Below, in pieces: positions 10,021 to 18,242 of a DNA stretch of 64,000 bases. Position 1 is the first letter of the stretch, and the number at the start of each line of letters is the position of its first letter. A program made the position numbers and the translations under genes. The stretch lies in the NCBI GenBank assembly GCA_016211215.1, contig JACQSR010000008.1:6546-70545 (forward strand), in the 5' to 3' direction. The DNA is from Candidatus Woesearchaeota archaeon. Its GTDB lineage: Archaea; Nanobdellota; Nanobdellia; Woesearchaeales; JACQSR01. The notes below the pieces were generated by a model. That model was not told the origin of the DNA and searched no databases. It worked only from the letters and a program-made list of their open reading frames with translations.

Positions 10021-10075
10021 TAGAAGAGGGATTGGCGGAGAATTTAATTAGTTTTGTATACTGCGGCATACAACC

Positions 10076-10119
10076 AATCACTTCAACCCAGATTAAAGTT
10101 ATGGCTATATATTTAAATA
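10076..10119. repeat. left copy of an imperfect direct repeat (relic promoter/5' end related to 12800..12843)
   Basis: AATCACTTCAACCCAGATTAAAGTTATGGCTATATATTTAAATA versus the copy at 12800: 38/44 identical by hand alignment. Weaker similarity continues to about 10185, including GTGAT..TATG at the same spacing from the TATA box. Confidence 0.7.
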
Positions 10120-10206
10120 GGCTTGTCTTCAGGATGTTTGGAGTGTGATGAGTATGAATGAGTACAAGAAATCTACTGCGATTGGGAACATTCTGCAATA
10201 GTCCAC

Positions 10207-10779
10207 CTAGATATCTTTAAATGACATAATATTGCCCGGGCCAATAAAATCCAGCAGCAGTTTGTTTTCCTTCAATTTTCCAAAGCTGTCTGCTTTTAGC
10301 CTTTTCCTGTCAAACTCAATGCTGTAGGCTTTAATTCCATCTGCTATCTTTCTTGACAAAAAATCGCCATCACTTTTAAGCTGACTGACGAGGCTGACAA
10401 CCATTATGTCGTTTGTGATACCTTTGCTGTATTTCTCCAGTTCTTCAAGAATCGACTTTGTTTTAAATATGAATCCCAACACCGCTTTCCTATATTCCAT
10501 TTCGTCTGCGATGTCAATCCTCAGCCGGAACTGGCCAATCTCCTCCGTGTGGAATTTGAACTGCAGATGGGGGTATGAATGCTTTGCAGGTGGCATGTGG
10601 TGCTCGATTGCATAATCTCGATGGACCGTTTTTGGGTTTTCAAACCTTGTGGTAATCCTAAATGAGTATTCCTCTTCCAAAATATTAAGGCTTGGCCTCT
10701 CATCTATAACAACCCTGACTCCCGATTTGTCATAAATCGGCTTGTTGAAATACGTTTTTATAAAATGGAATTCTTTCAT
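10207..10779 (-). CDS. hypothetical protein (downstream partner of the VapB-like fusion gene)
   Basis: ATGA overlap with 10776..11498. AT-rich. No recognised motif and no PIN-like acidic pattern. Confidence 0.55.
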   Translation of the reverse strand: MKEFHFIKTYFNKPIYDKSGVRVVIDERPSLNILEEEYSFRITTRFENPKTVHRDYAIEHHMPPAKHSYPHLQFKFHTEEIGQFRLRIDIADEMEYRKAVLGFIFKTKSILEELEKYSKGITNDIMVVSLVSQLKSDGDFLSRKIADGIKAYSIEFDRKRLKADSFGKLKENKLLLDFIGPGNIMSFKDI

Positions 10780-11498
10780 CTTGTTCTGAATAATTTTCCA
10801 TATTCATTAATCAGCATTTGGGCTTTAGATGCCTGAACTTTGATTGCCCATTCTTTTGGGGGTTTCTCCTCCTCGTTCAATCTAAGCGGGGTTTCTATAT
10901 CATCCCTGAAAGAATCTTCGCTTAGGTTGTAAGAATAGTACAACTTTCTCCAACTTGCAATATTATCGTAGTCTTCAAGTTTTCCTGCATAGAATTTTGC
11001 CCTGAACTCCCTTTCCAAAGCAAGAGCAACTGCTTTTAAGTAGATAGATAAGAAGAAACTGGAATAATGCTTATGGGGGTTATCAACTCCAAAGAATTCA
11101 GAAGGGTTCAGCACGCTTTTCTTCAAGAAGACTTTTTTTATCTTCAAGTCAAGCACAAAATCTGACTGGTTTGACTTAACATCATTGTATTCGTATTCAA
11201 ATCCGATTTCCTCTCCGTATGTATAATCATCAAAAAACTCAGTTTTTCTTTTGTACTTGATTGCATTTGCATTCTCATCTCCAATTGAGGCAGTTTTTTC
11301 GCTTAATGTTGCCAAAATTACATCATCAAATGTTTCATTCGGCCCCTTCTTTCTTTTTAGGGCATCCCAAGTCCTAATGCCTACCTTAATTGTTTTGGTT
11401 CTTGGGGGCGATATAACCCTCGCAGTATTAATTTCATTGCTCCTAATCATTGCTTCACCTTTGTATACTGGGTATACTAAGTGTAGTGGTGTACTCAT
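10776..11498 (-). CDS. protein with N-terminal VapB/DUF217-like antitoxin motif fused to an unknown ~170-aa domain
   Basis: TKTIKVGIRTWDALKRKKGPNETFDDVILATL resembles the archaeal PF02697 pattern (ktItv..e.ye.Lk.lK...eSFsdvI..Ll). The rest is unrecognised. Confidence 0.5.
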   Translation of the reverse strand: MSTPLHLVYPVYKGEAMIRSNEINTARVISPPRTKTIKVGIRTWDALKRKKGPNETFDDVILATLSEKTASIGDENANAIKYKRKTEFFDDYTYGEEIGFEYEYNDVKSNQSDFVLDLKIKKVFLKKSVLNPSEFFGVDNPHKHYSSFFLSIYLKAVALALEREFRAKFYAGKLEDYDNIASWRKLYYSYNLSEDSFRDDIETPLRLNEEEKPPKEWAIKVQASKAQMLINEYGKLFRTR

Positions 11499-11532
11499 AT
11501 TTAAACTTTACTATTGATTTATAGATAAAATG

Positions 11533-11790
11533 TCAACTTACAGTAAAACCTATCTCTTCTTGATCGAAGTTCCCTGCCTTGTCAGTTGCCCTGATGAGGA
11601 GGTTATGCTGCCCAGAAGTGAAGCTTTTGTATTTCTTACTTGAGTAGCCATATTCATTGCAGTCTCTGCATAATGGGCTCAAACTACTCCTTGGGATAAT
11701 TGTGTCATTATACTCAATATCAACCTCTTCAGAAACCGTAATGTTGAAGTAAATCTTGCTGCTTTCATAACCATAGCAGCAAATAGAGAG
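11533..11790 (-). pseudogene. 5'-truncated remnant of an Ig-like surface protein gene (C-terminal ~85 codons, no start codon)
   Basis: Minus-strand frame open from a TAG at ~11791 to a TGA at 11535-11533: PILSICCYGYESSKIYFNITVSEEVDIEYNDTIIPRSSLSPLCRDCNEYGYSSKKYKSFTSGQHNLLIRATDKAGNFDQEEIGFTVS*. No ATG in it. ATDKAGN is the D.AGN motif seen at the ends of the Ig-like repeats in 61814..64000. Confidence 0.4.
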
Positions 11791-11810
11791 AATCGGCTAT
11801 AAGTATTTTA

Positions 11811-11830
11811 CCCCACAGCAAGCTGTGGGG
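11811..11830 (-). terminator. perfect 9-bp palindrome hairpin downstream of 11848..12072
   Basis: CCCCACAGC-AA-GCTGTGGGG, 18 nt past the stop codon of the 74-aa gene. No clear oligo-T follows, so terminator function is uncertain. Confidence 0.3.
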
Positions 11831-11847
11831 AATTCTCTAAGTTAAAT

Positions 11848-12072
11848 TTATTTAATTTTATATTCACCTATCGGAAGTATAAATGCCCTAGTGAATCTTT
11901 CAGAAGCAAAACCCAGATCTTCAAAATTGCCCCCCGATTTATTAAATCTATAAGGAACTTCAACTAGTCTAAATCCAGTTACAATATCAGTTATATCTCT
12001 AGTGCATTCACGGATGGTCTTTCCAAACATGTTCCTGTCTTTAATCCAAAGCTTCCAATCAGGCTTCTTCAT
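11848..12072 (-). CDS. hypothetical small protein downstream of the wHTH-nucleotidyltransferase gene
   Basis: 14-nt overlap with 12059..12649. No motif recognised and no HEPN Rx4-6H motif. Confidence 0.45.
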   Translation of the reverse strand: MKKPDWKLWIKDRNMFGKTIRECTRDITDIVTGFRLVEVPYRFNKSGGNFEDLGFASERFTRAFILPIGEYKIK

Positions 12073-12649
12073 CTTGTAACTGCCTCCACCATTCCATCCC
12101 TACAAGAATTACCTTGTCTTTCTTAAGCTTTTTGAAAAATTCTTTAGTGGGATTATGAAATGATTCTTTGAATTCTTTATAGCCGAGATAAACTGAGTTT
12201 AACTGCGTGCTTGTTTTCATGCTGATTTTTTTTGCAGTATTTTCAATCTCTTTAGAATTTTCAATTTTCTGAAAAACCAATAAGATATCAACATCCGAGT
12301 TTTTTGTATAAGTACCATTAGCATAAGAACCAAAAATAACAGCTATCACGGGCTTATCCTTTAATTCCCTTAAGAAATCGTTTACAGATAATTTTACTTT
12401 TGCTGGAAGCCTTTCAAATCTGGAATGTTCAACGGCGCCAAGTGCTGAACTAAGCATTTCTTTTGAGTAATCTAAGAAATAGTTAATCTGGTTACCAGCC
12501 TTTTTCTGTTTAATTAACTTGTTTATCTTTTTAAGTCCGTAATCTATGGAGGGCATTCCTAATTTGAGTTGCTTGGAAAGCCCCCTCTTATGAATCCCGG
12601 GATTAAGGTAAATTTGTTCCAAGATCCTAATTTCAGTTTTGTCATACAT
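12059..12649 (-). CDS. winged-HTH plus minimal nucleotidyltransferase (Pol-beta superfamily, MNT-like) protein
   Basis: N-terminal HTH-like IHKRGLSKQLKLGMPSIDYGLKKI. NTase signature VIFGSYANGTYTKNSDVDILLVF (GS...G....SDxD). Confidence 0.75.
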   Translation of the reverse strand: MYDKTEIRILEQIYLNPGIHKRGLSKQLKLGMPSIDYGLKKINKLIKQKKAGNQINYFLDYSKEMLSSALGAVEHSRFERLPAKVKLSVNDFLRELKDKPVIAVIFGSYANGTYTKNSDVDILLVFQKIENSKEIENTAKKISMKTSTQLNSVYLGYKEFKESFHNPTKEFFKKLKKDKVILVGMEWWRQLQDEEA

Positions 12650-12650
12650 T

Positions 12651-12692
12651 GTATATCGATTGCCATATAAAGTATATCGATAGTATATAAAG
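12651..12692 (-). promoter_or_regulatory. tandem 21-bp duplicated TATA/operator-like unit directly upstream of the wHTH-NTase start
   Basis: The minus strand reads CTTTATATACTATCGATATA / CTTTATATGGCAATCGATATA followed by CAATG (start). GTATATCGAT occurs at 12651-12660 and 12672-12681, spaced 21 bp. Each unit contains an ATCGAT palindrome. Confidence 0.35.
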
Positions 12693-12799
12693 CTTTGCTT
12701 TTCATTCCCGCCTTAAAGTGATGTAAGCTATTCTACGCCCCAAGCCCTGCGAATAGCAGTTAAGATTTGTGCCTCTAGATTCTTGTTCCTGATACCCCG

Positions 12800-12843
12800 A
12801 ATCACTTCGACCCAAACTGAAGTTATGGACATATATTTAAATA
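12800..12843. repeat. right copy of the imperfect direct repeat; functional promoter region of the beta-propeller gene
   Basis: AATCACTTCGACCCAAACTGAAGTTATGGACATATATTTAAATA. TTTAAATA at 12836-12843 lies 22 nt upstream of the GTG at 12866. Confidence 0.7.
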
Positions 12844-12865
12844 TGGCGGGCTTACGGAGCATCAG

Positions 12866-14974
12866 GTGATAATTATGTATAAACACAACAAGATTATCTT
12901 TGCGGTTATAGCGGTTTCATTACTTCTCATAATAGGGTGCGCCAAGGAGCCTGTAAAACCTGAAGAGCCACAGCAATCATTAGAGGCAACTCAGGAGCTA
13001 AAGAAGTTTAATTCTGCCGAGGATGTCAAAGACTTCCTGCAGAAGAGTTCCCAGCAGCAGCCGATTTACAGGAGAGGGGGAATAATTGCTGACATGATGG
13101 TGGAGACTGCAGCAGTTTCGAAGGAGGCAGCTCCAAGCGCAGCACCAGCAGCCGAGTATTCAACAACAAACGTACAGGTGGAAGGGGTTGATGAGGCAGA
13201 TTTTGTAAAGAATGACGGAAAGTATATATATGTTCTTGCGCAGAATAAATTGGTCATTGTCAATGCTTTCCCCGCTGAAGATGCAAAGAAGATTTCCACA
13301 ACAGAAATAAAAGGGCATCCAAGGGACATGTTTGTGAACGGGGATACATTAGTTGTATTTACGGATGATTACGATGAGATTTACACAATTTCCGATTATG
13401 ACTTCCTGCCGAGGCCAACCCAGACGCAAATGACGCACGCAATAATTTATGATATTTCCGACAGAAGCAGCCCTGAGAAGGAAAAAGATTACACTATTGA
13501 TGGTTATTACTTCCAGTCGAGGATGATAGGCGATTATGTGTACCTGATTTCAAAGAAGGATGCCTACTATGGTCCGGGGCCTATAATGCCAATATTAAGG
13601 GAGGCATCAACAAAGATAGTTCCCGATGTTTACTACTTTGACAACCCGGAGCTTAATTATGTATTCCACACAATAACTTCAATAAACCTGAAGAACGAGG
13701 AGACAAAGGCAAAGTCATTCCTGATGGGATATTCCAACACGGTTTATGTGTCGCAGGACAACATCTACATTGCATACCAAAAAAATCTGCCGTACTCTTA
13801 CTATCAGTCTTACAACTCAGACAGGTTCTTCAAGGTTGTTGTGCCTCTGCTGCCGGATGAAGTCCAGGACAAAATCGGGAAGATAAAGGCGAAAGACCTG
13901 GAACCATACGCAGAATGGTCGGAGATTTCCGACGCCCTTGAGGAAATGTACAACAAAATGGATGAAGCGGAAAAAGAAGAGCTGAGCGAGGAAATTACGG
14001 AGGCTATAGAAGAATACGAGATAAAGCTTGAAGTGGAGAGAAGAAAGACAGTAATCCACAAGATTGGCATTAGCAATGGAGACATAGAATACAAGGAAAA
14101 GGGCGAAGTTCCGGGATACCTATTAAACCAGTTTTCGCTTGACGAGTTTGACAATCACCTTAGAGTTGCAACCACGACAGAGCTTTATGTAAGGAACAAG
14201 GCTGAAATGTACAACAATGTTTATGTGCTCGACGAGGATATGGACAAAGTTGGAGAGATAGGGGCGATTGCAAGGGACGAAAGGATATACTCCACAAGGT
14301 TTTTGGGCGACAGGCTTTACATGGTTACATTCAAAAGAGTTGACCCCTTGTTTGTGATTGACCTGAGCAATCCCGAGAATCCAAAGGTTCTTGGCGAGCT
14401 TAAGATTCCGGGATTTTCAGATTACCTGCACCCATACGATGAAGACCACATAATAGGAATAGGAAAGGAAACAGAGGGAAATGAATGGGGCGGAGTTTCA
14501 ATTAAAGGCGTAAAGGTTGCATTATTTGACGTCTCTGATGTTGAGAATCCAAAGCAGGTTGACAGTATTGAAATAGGGGAGCGCGGGACAGACTCAGAAG
14601 CATTAAGAGACCACAAGGCATTCCTGTTCGACAAGAGAAACGACCTTGTTGTGATTCCGATCAGGGAGGTTAAGGGTGAGGTGTATGACGAAAGAGGATA
14701 CTATCGTCAAAGAATATGGCAGGGCGCCTATGTTCTTGAGGTAAGCCCGGAAAAGGGAGTAAAAGTCAGGGGCAAGATTTCCCACGGCGAGGAGGATGAA
14801 AGATACTACTGGAATTCCCCAAGCGCAGTCAGAAGGTCATTGTACATGGATGATGTCCTCTACACAGTATCGGCAAGGAAGATAATGATGAACGGCATTG
14901 AAGATGGCTCTGACATAAACGAGGTTAAGCTGCCCTTTGAGGAGGAAAAGTACTACCAGTACGGGTGGTATTAG
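12866..14974 (+). CDS. secreted beta-propeller domain protein (PF09826 Beta_propel family), lipoprotein-like signal
   Basis: YSTTNVQVEGVDEADFVKNDGKYIYV is the hallmark N-terminal motif of this family. Signal/lipobox-like LLLIIGCAKEP. The start could be the GTG at 12866 or the ATG at 12875. Confidence 0.85.
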   Translation: MIIMYKHNKIIFAVIAVSLLLIIGCAKEPVKPEEPQQSLEATQELKKFNSAEDVKDFLQKSSQQQPIYRRGGIIADMMVETAAVSKEAAPSAAPAAEYSTTNVQVEGVDEADFVKNDGKYIYVLAQNKLVIVNAFPAEDAKKISTTEIKGHPRDMFVNGDTLVVFTDDYDEIYTISDYDFLPRPTQTQMTHAIIYDISDRSSPEKEKDYTIDGYYFQSRMIGDYVYLISKKDAYYGPGPIMPILREASTKIVPDVYYFDNPELNYVFHTITSINLKNEETKAKSFLMGYSNTVYVSQDNIYIAYQKNLPYSYYQSYNSDRFFKVVVPLLPDEVQDKIGKIKAKDLEPYAEWSEISDALEEMYNKMDEAEKEELSEEITEAIEEYEIKLEVERRKTVIHKIGISNGDIEYKEKGEVPGYLLNQFSLDEFDNHLRVATTTELYVRNKAEMYNNVYVLDEDMDKVGEIGAIARDERIYSTRFLGDRLYMVTFKRVDPLFVIDLSNPENPKVLGELKIPGFSDYLHPYDEDHIIGIGKETEGNEWGGVSIKGVKVALFDVSDVENPKQVDSIEIGERGTDSEALRDHKAFLFDKRNDLVVIPIREVKGEVYDERGYYRQRIWQGAYVLEVSPEKGVKVRGKISHGEEDERYYWNSPSAVRRSLYMDDVLYTVSARKIMMNGIEDGSDINEVKLPFEEEKYYQYGWY

Positions 14975-15055
14975 CTTATTTTTCCAAAGTTTTAAATAGA
15001 AATTGTCACTACTTTGTGTCATAAAGGGGGTTTCTATAGTATTTGAGGCACAAAC

Positions 15056-16753
15056 ATGAAGAAGCTTGCAGCTGTAATCACAATGCTCGTTTTGGCTAGC
15101 TTTATTGCTTATGCATTTACACAAGGCACTGCATCATTGACGTGGGTAAAAAACTCATCAACATCCGTGCAGGAAAATTTCACGGTCACCAACACCGATT
15201 CAAGCGGCATTGCAAGCGTTACATTCACTGTTTCTGCGCTTACAAGCGGCTCAAACACACTTTCAGGAGATATTGCAATTTCACCTAATGGAACATCGCT
15301 TAACGCCGGCCAGTCAAAGGACATAACCGTTTCCCTTTCAGGGGTATCTGCCTCGCAGGCATTGGGAACTTACACGGGCATTATAACTTCAAACCACGAC
15401 GGAAACCAGACAAACTCCACAATTACTGTTGAGGTTGAGAGCACATCCATACAAGTGGGTGTTCCTTCCTCATTAAGCTTCGAGAATGCAAAGAGGGGGC
15501 AAAGCTTTGCAAAGACATTTACAATTAATAACACAGGAAACGTGGCGCTCAACAACATCGTTCTTGGGACAACTGTTCCCGCGCAATACTCGCCTCTGTT
15601 CAATGCAACATCCTTTTCGCTGGCGCCCTCCAAAACAAAGGATGTCAGCCTTAATATCACGATACCGGATGACGAATCTTTCGGCAACAAAACTCTTGGC
15701 TCAATATCAATAAACAGCAACGAGCAGAATTTCGGCAATCTTATCTCGGTAAGCGCGGACGTTGAGAGCAACCTGAACATTGTCGATGTCGATGCAACCA
15801 TAGGCACTGAAAGGGAAGGCGTCGAGGAAGACGAAACGCTTGACACCAAGGCAGTTCCGGGAGACAGGGTTGTGTTTGAGGTGAGGGTGGAAAACCTCTT
15901 TCCCGACAGCGAGGATATGGAAATAAGGGACATAGCTGTAACAGGCACCATAATAGAAATAGATGACGGAGATGACCTTGAGTTCGAGGCTGATGAATTT
16001 GACCTTGAGTCTGACAGAAGCGACAGCGTTTTCCTAACCTTTGAGCTTCCTGAAGATTCAGAGGACGGCACATTTGACGTTGAGATTGAGGCAACGGGAG
16101 AGGACGAAGACGGCGTTACTCATTCAGACACATTCGATTTCTCAATCGAAGTGGAAAGGCGCAGGCACGAGATAAAATTCACAAGCGTGGAGCTTGACAA
16201 TAGCCAGGTTTCCTGCAATGAGGAGGCACAGCTCAGCTACGAAGTCATAAACGTAGGAAGGGAAGACGAAGACAACGTAAAGGTTACGGTGAGTTCTTCA
16301 AAGATAAGCCTTGAGGAAGAGCAGGCGGGCATCGAACTGGAATCAGAGCCGGATGGGGACAACACCTACAGCGGAAGTTTTACTGTAAAGGGGGCAAGCG
16401 AAGGCGCTTATCAAATAACCGCAAGGGCATACTATGACACCATACTCGATGATGCCGAGACAGTCACATTAACTGTTAAAGACTGCGGGAAGGAAAATGT
16501 GTCAGTTACTGTACCGGTGATAGTGCCGAAGAATATTACAACCACTCCAACGCCGCAAGTTCCGAAGCAGAATGCAACTCCTGCTGCCGAGAATGCGACA
16601 GCAACACCAATCGCTGTTACGAGAAGCATTGAGACATCCTTTTTCGAGACAGGGGAATACACATTACTGCTTGTGCTTGGCAGCGTGGTTGCCCTATTGC
16701 TCATAGTTATTTTGCTTGCCTACCTGATTCCGAGAAATGTTAATCCCTATTAA
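15056..16753 (+). CDS. acidic cell-surface protein with CARDB-like domains, Thr/Pro linker and C-terminal TM anchor
   Basis: Signal peptide MKKLAAVITMLVLASFIAYA. Repeated Ig/CARDB-like segments. Acidic core IEIDDGDDLEFEADEFDLESD. C-terminal TTTPTPQVPKQN linker plus LLLVLGSVVALLLIVILLAYLIPR. Confidence 0.7.
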   Translation: MKKLAAVITMLVLASFIAYAFTQGTASLTWVKNSSTSVQENFTVTNTDSSGIASVTFTVSALTSGSNTLSGDIAISPNGTSLNAGQSKDITVSLSGVSASQALGTYTGIITSNHDGNQTNSTITVEVESTSIQVGVPSSLSFENAKRGQSFAKTFTINNTGNVALNNIVLGTTVPAQYSPLFNATSFSLAPSKTKDVSLNITIPDDESFGNKTLGSISINSNEQNFGNLISVSADVESNLNIVDVDATIGTEREGVEEDETLDTKAVPGDRVVFEVRVENLFPDSEDMEIRDIAVTGTIIEIDDGDDLEFEADEFDLESDRSDSVFLTFELPEDSEDGTFDVEIEATGEDEDGVTHSDTFDFSIEVERRRHEIKFTSVELDNSQVSCNEEAQLSYEVINVGREDEDNVKVTVSSSKISLEEEQAGIELESEPDGDNTYSGSFTVKGASEGAYQITARAYYDTILDDAETVTLTVKDCGKENVSVTVPVIVPKNITTTPTPQVPKQNATPAAENATATPIAVTRSIETSFFETGEYTLLLVLGSVVALLLIVILLAYLIPRNVNPY

Positions 16754-16867
16754 GTGGTATAAGTTATTAACCATTATAGTAGAGTGAAAAAAACGAAACA
16801 TTTATAAAGGCTCCGGGATTAGTTACCTCAAAATAACGCTCAAAAACAATAACATGGGGGAATATGC

Positions 16868-18214
16868 ATGAATAAAAGAATCTTGGTTGGACTTTTCTGC
16901 TTTATGGCAGTGATTTTTTCAGGTTTGGCTTACGCTAACCCGGTTATTACGGCAATACCGAATCAGGTTGTCAATGAAGGCAGCCTGCTTACAGTGAGCA
17001 TAACTTCAACTGCTCCGAACAACGGAGGCACAGTCTGGTCTTTGCTTTCATTTCCATCAGGAGCTACACTGGCGAATGTCAGTGATACGCAGGCAACATT
17101 CTCATACACTCCGGGAGATGTCACCACATCAAGCATACAGTTTCCTGTAACCGTGCAGGCTTCGGATGCTGACTCTTCTGATGTAAAGTCATTCATAGTT
17201 ACAGTTAACGATGTTTCCCAGCCATCCGGCAACCTTTCAAAGCTGGAGATTGTTGACCTTGATGTTAAAGTAGGATCAAACACCGACAAGAACGTTGACA
17301 ACAACTCAAAGATAAGCGAGGAAGGGCAGCCGGGCGATTCCGTAACTTTCTCTATTGAAATAAAGAATATCTTTGATGAGGATGTCAATGACACCGAGAT
17401 AAAGGACGTTTCCGTAACAGTAACCATATTCGGCATTGATGATGGAGATGACCTCGATGAGGATTCGGACGAGTTTGACCTTGATGCAGAAGAAAAGGAC
17501 ACTGTTGACATAGACTTTGAAATCCCCATGGAAGTTGAGGAAGGCATCTTTGATGTGGAGATAAGGGTTGAGGGTGAAGATGAGTTTGACAACAAGCACG
17601 AGCTTGTATGGGAGCTTCAGATTGAGGTTGAGAAGGACGACCACAAGATTATGATTAGGGACGCTACCCTAAACCCGTCGTCTGTTCAGTGCGCCCGTGA
17701 TGCAACGCTTGATGTTAACATACTTAACATAGGCTCAAAGGACGAAGATGAAGTGGTGCTGGAGATAAGGAATTCAGACCTTGGGATAAATGTCAGGGAC
17801 ACCGACCTTGAGCTTGATGAAGGTATTGACGACAACGACTACTCAAAGACAGTCAGCATAGATGCAACCGGTGCGAAGGCAGGCAACTACCCTGTAACAG
17901 TCAAGACATACTACGACACAAGCAAGCAGTCTGACTCAAAGACTCTTACTTTGACGGTGCAGGAATGCGCTGAGACAAAGCCTGTTGTTGTAATCACGCC
18001 TCCCGAGGAGGAAGAGGAAGATGAGGAGGAAGTTGAAGTTGTAACCGTGCCTCCTGTAACCACGGGAACCGTTCCAGTAACTGCACAGCCGGTTGCGCCA
18101 ACGACATTTGCGGTTAGGGACACGACAACCTACACGGCAATACTGATTATACTTATTGTTATAATCGTGATACTGCTTGTGTTTGCAATAGTGTCAATCA
18201 TAAGGAGAAGGTAA
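16868..18214 (+). CDS. acidic cell-surface protein, tandem paralogue of 15056..16753, with N-terminal cadherin-like/He_PIG-type Ig domain
   Basis: Shares colinear motifs with the upstream gene (IFGIDDGDDLDEDSDEFDLDAEEKD, FDVEIRVEGEDE, IEVEKDDHKI, KTYYDT). PEEEEEDEEE linker. C-terminal TM plus RRR. Confidence 0.7.
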   Translation: MNKRILVGLFCFMAVIFSGLAYANPVITAIPNQVVNEGSLLTVSITSTAPNNGGTVWSLLSFPSGATLANVSDTQATFSYTPGDVTTSSIQFPVTVQASDADSSDVKSFIVTVNDVSQPSGNLSKLEIVDLDVKVGSNTDKNVDNNSKISEEGQPGDSVTFSIEIKNIFDEDVNDTEIKDVSVTVTIFGIDDGDDLDEDSDEFDLDAEEKDTVDIDFEIPMEVEEGIFDVEIRVEGEDEFDNKHELVWELQIEVEKDDHKIMIRDATLNPSSVQCARDATLDVNILNIGSKDEDEVVLEIRNSDLGINVRDTDLELDEGIDDNDYSKTVSIDATGAKAGNYPVTVKTYYDTSKQSDSKTLTLTVQECAETKPVVVITPPEEEEEDEEEVEVVTVPPVTTGTVPVTAQPVAPTTFAVRDTTTYTAILIILIVIIVILLVFAIVSIIRRR

Positions 18215-18216
18215 GC

Positions 18217-18238
18217 TTCTCTTTTTTATTTTCTTTTT
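18217..18238 (+). terminator. oligo-T tract after the surface protein gene (archaeal-type terminator candidate)
   Basis: TTCTCTTTTTTATTTTCTTTTT starts 3 nt after the TAA at 18212-18214. Confidence 0.35.
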
Positions 18239-18242
18239 AAAT

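Noticed and set aside
15109-18123. Long antisense or alternative-frame ORFs in the two acidic surface protein genes (15370..16071 -, 15741..16094 -, 16963..17595 -, 17306..17644 -, 17911..18123 -)
   Set aside because: Ser/Thr/Pro-rich mirror frames of GA-rich acidic coding sequence. The plus-strand frames have signal peptides, domain motifs and anchors.
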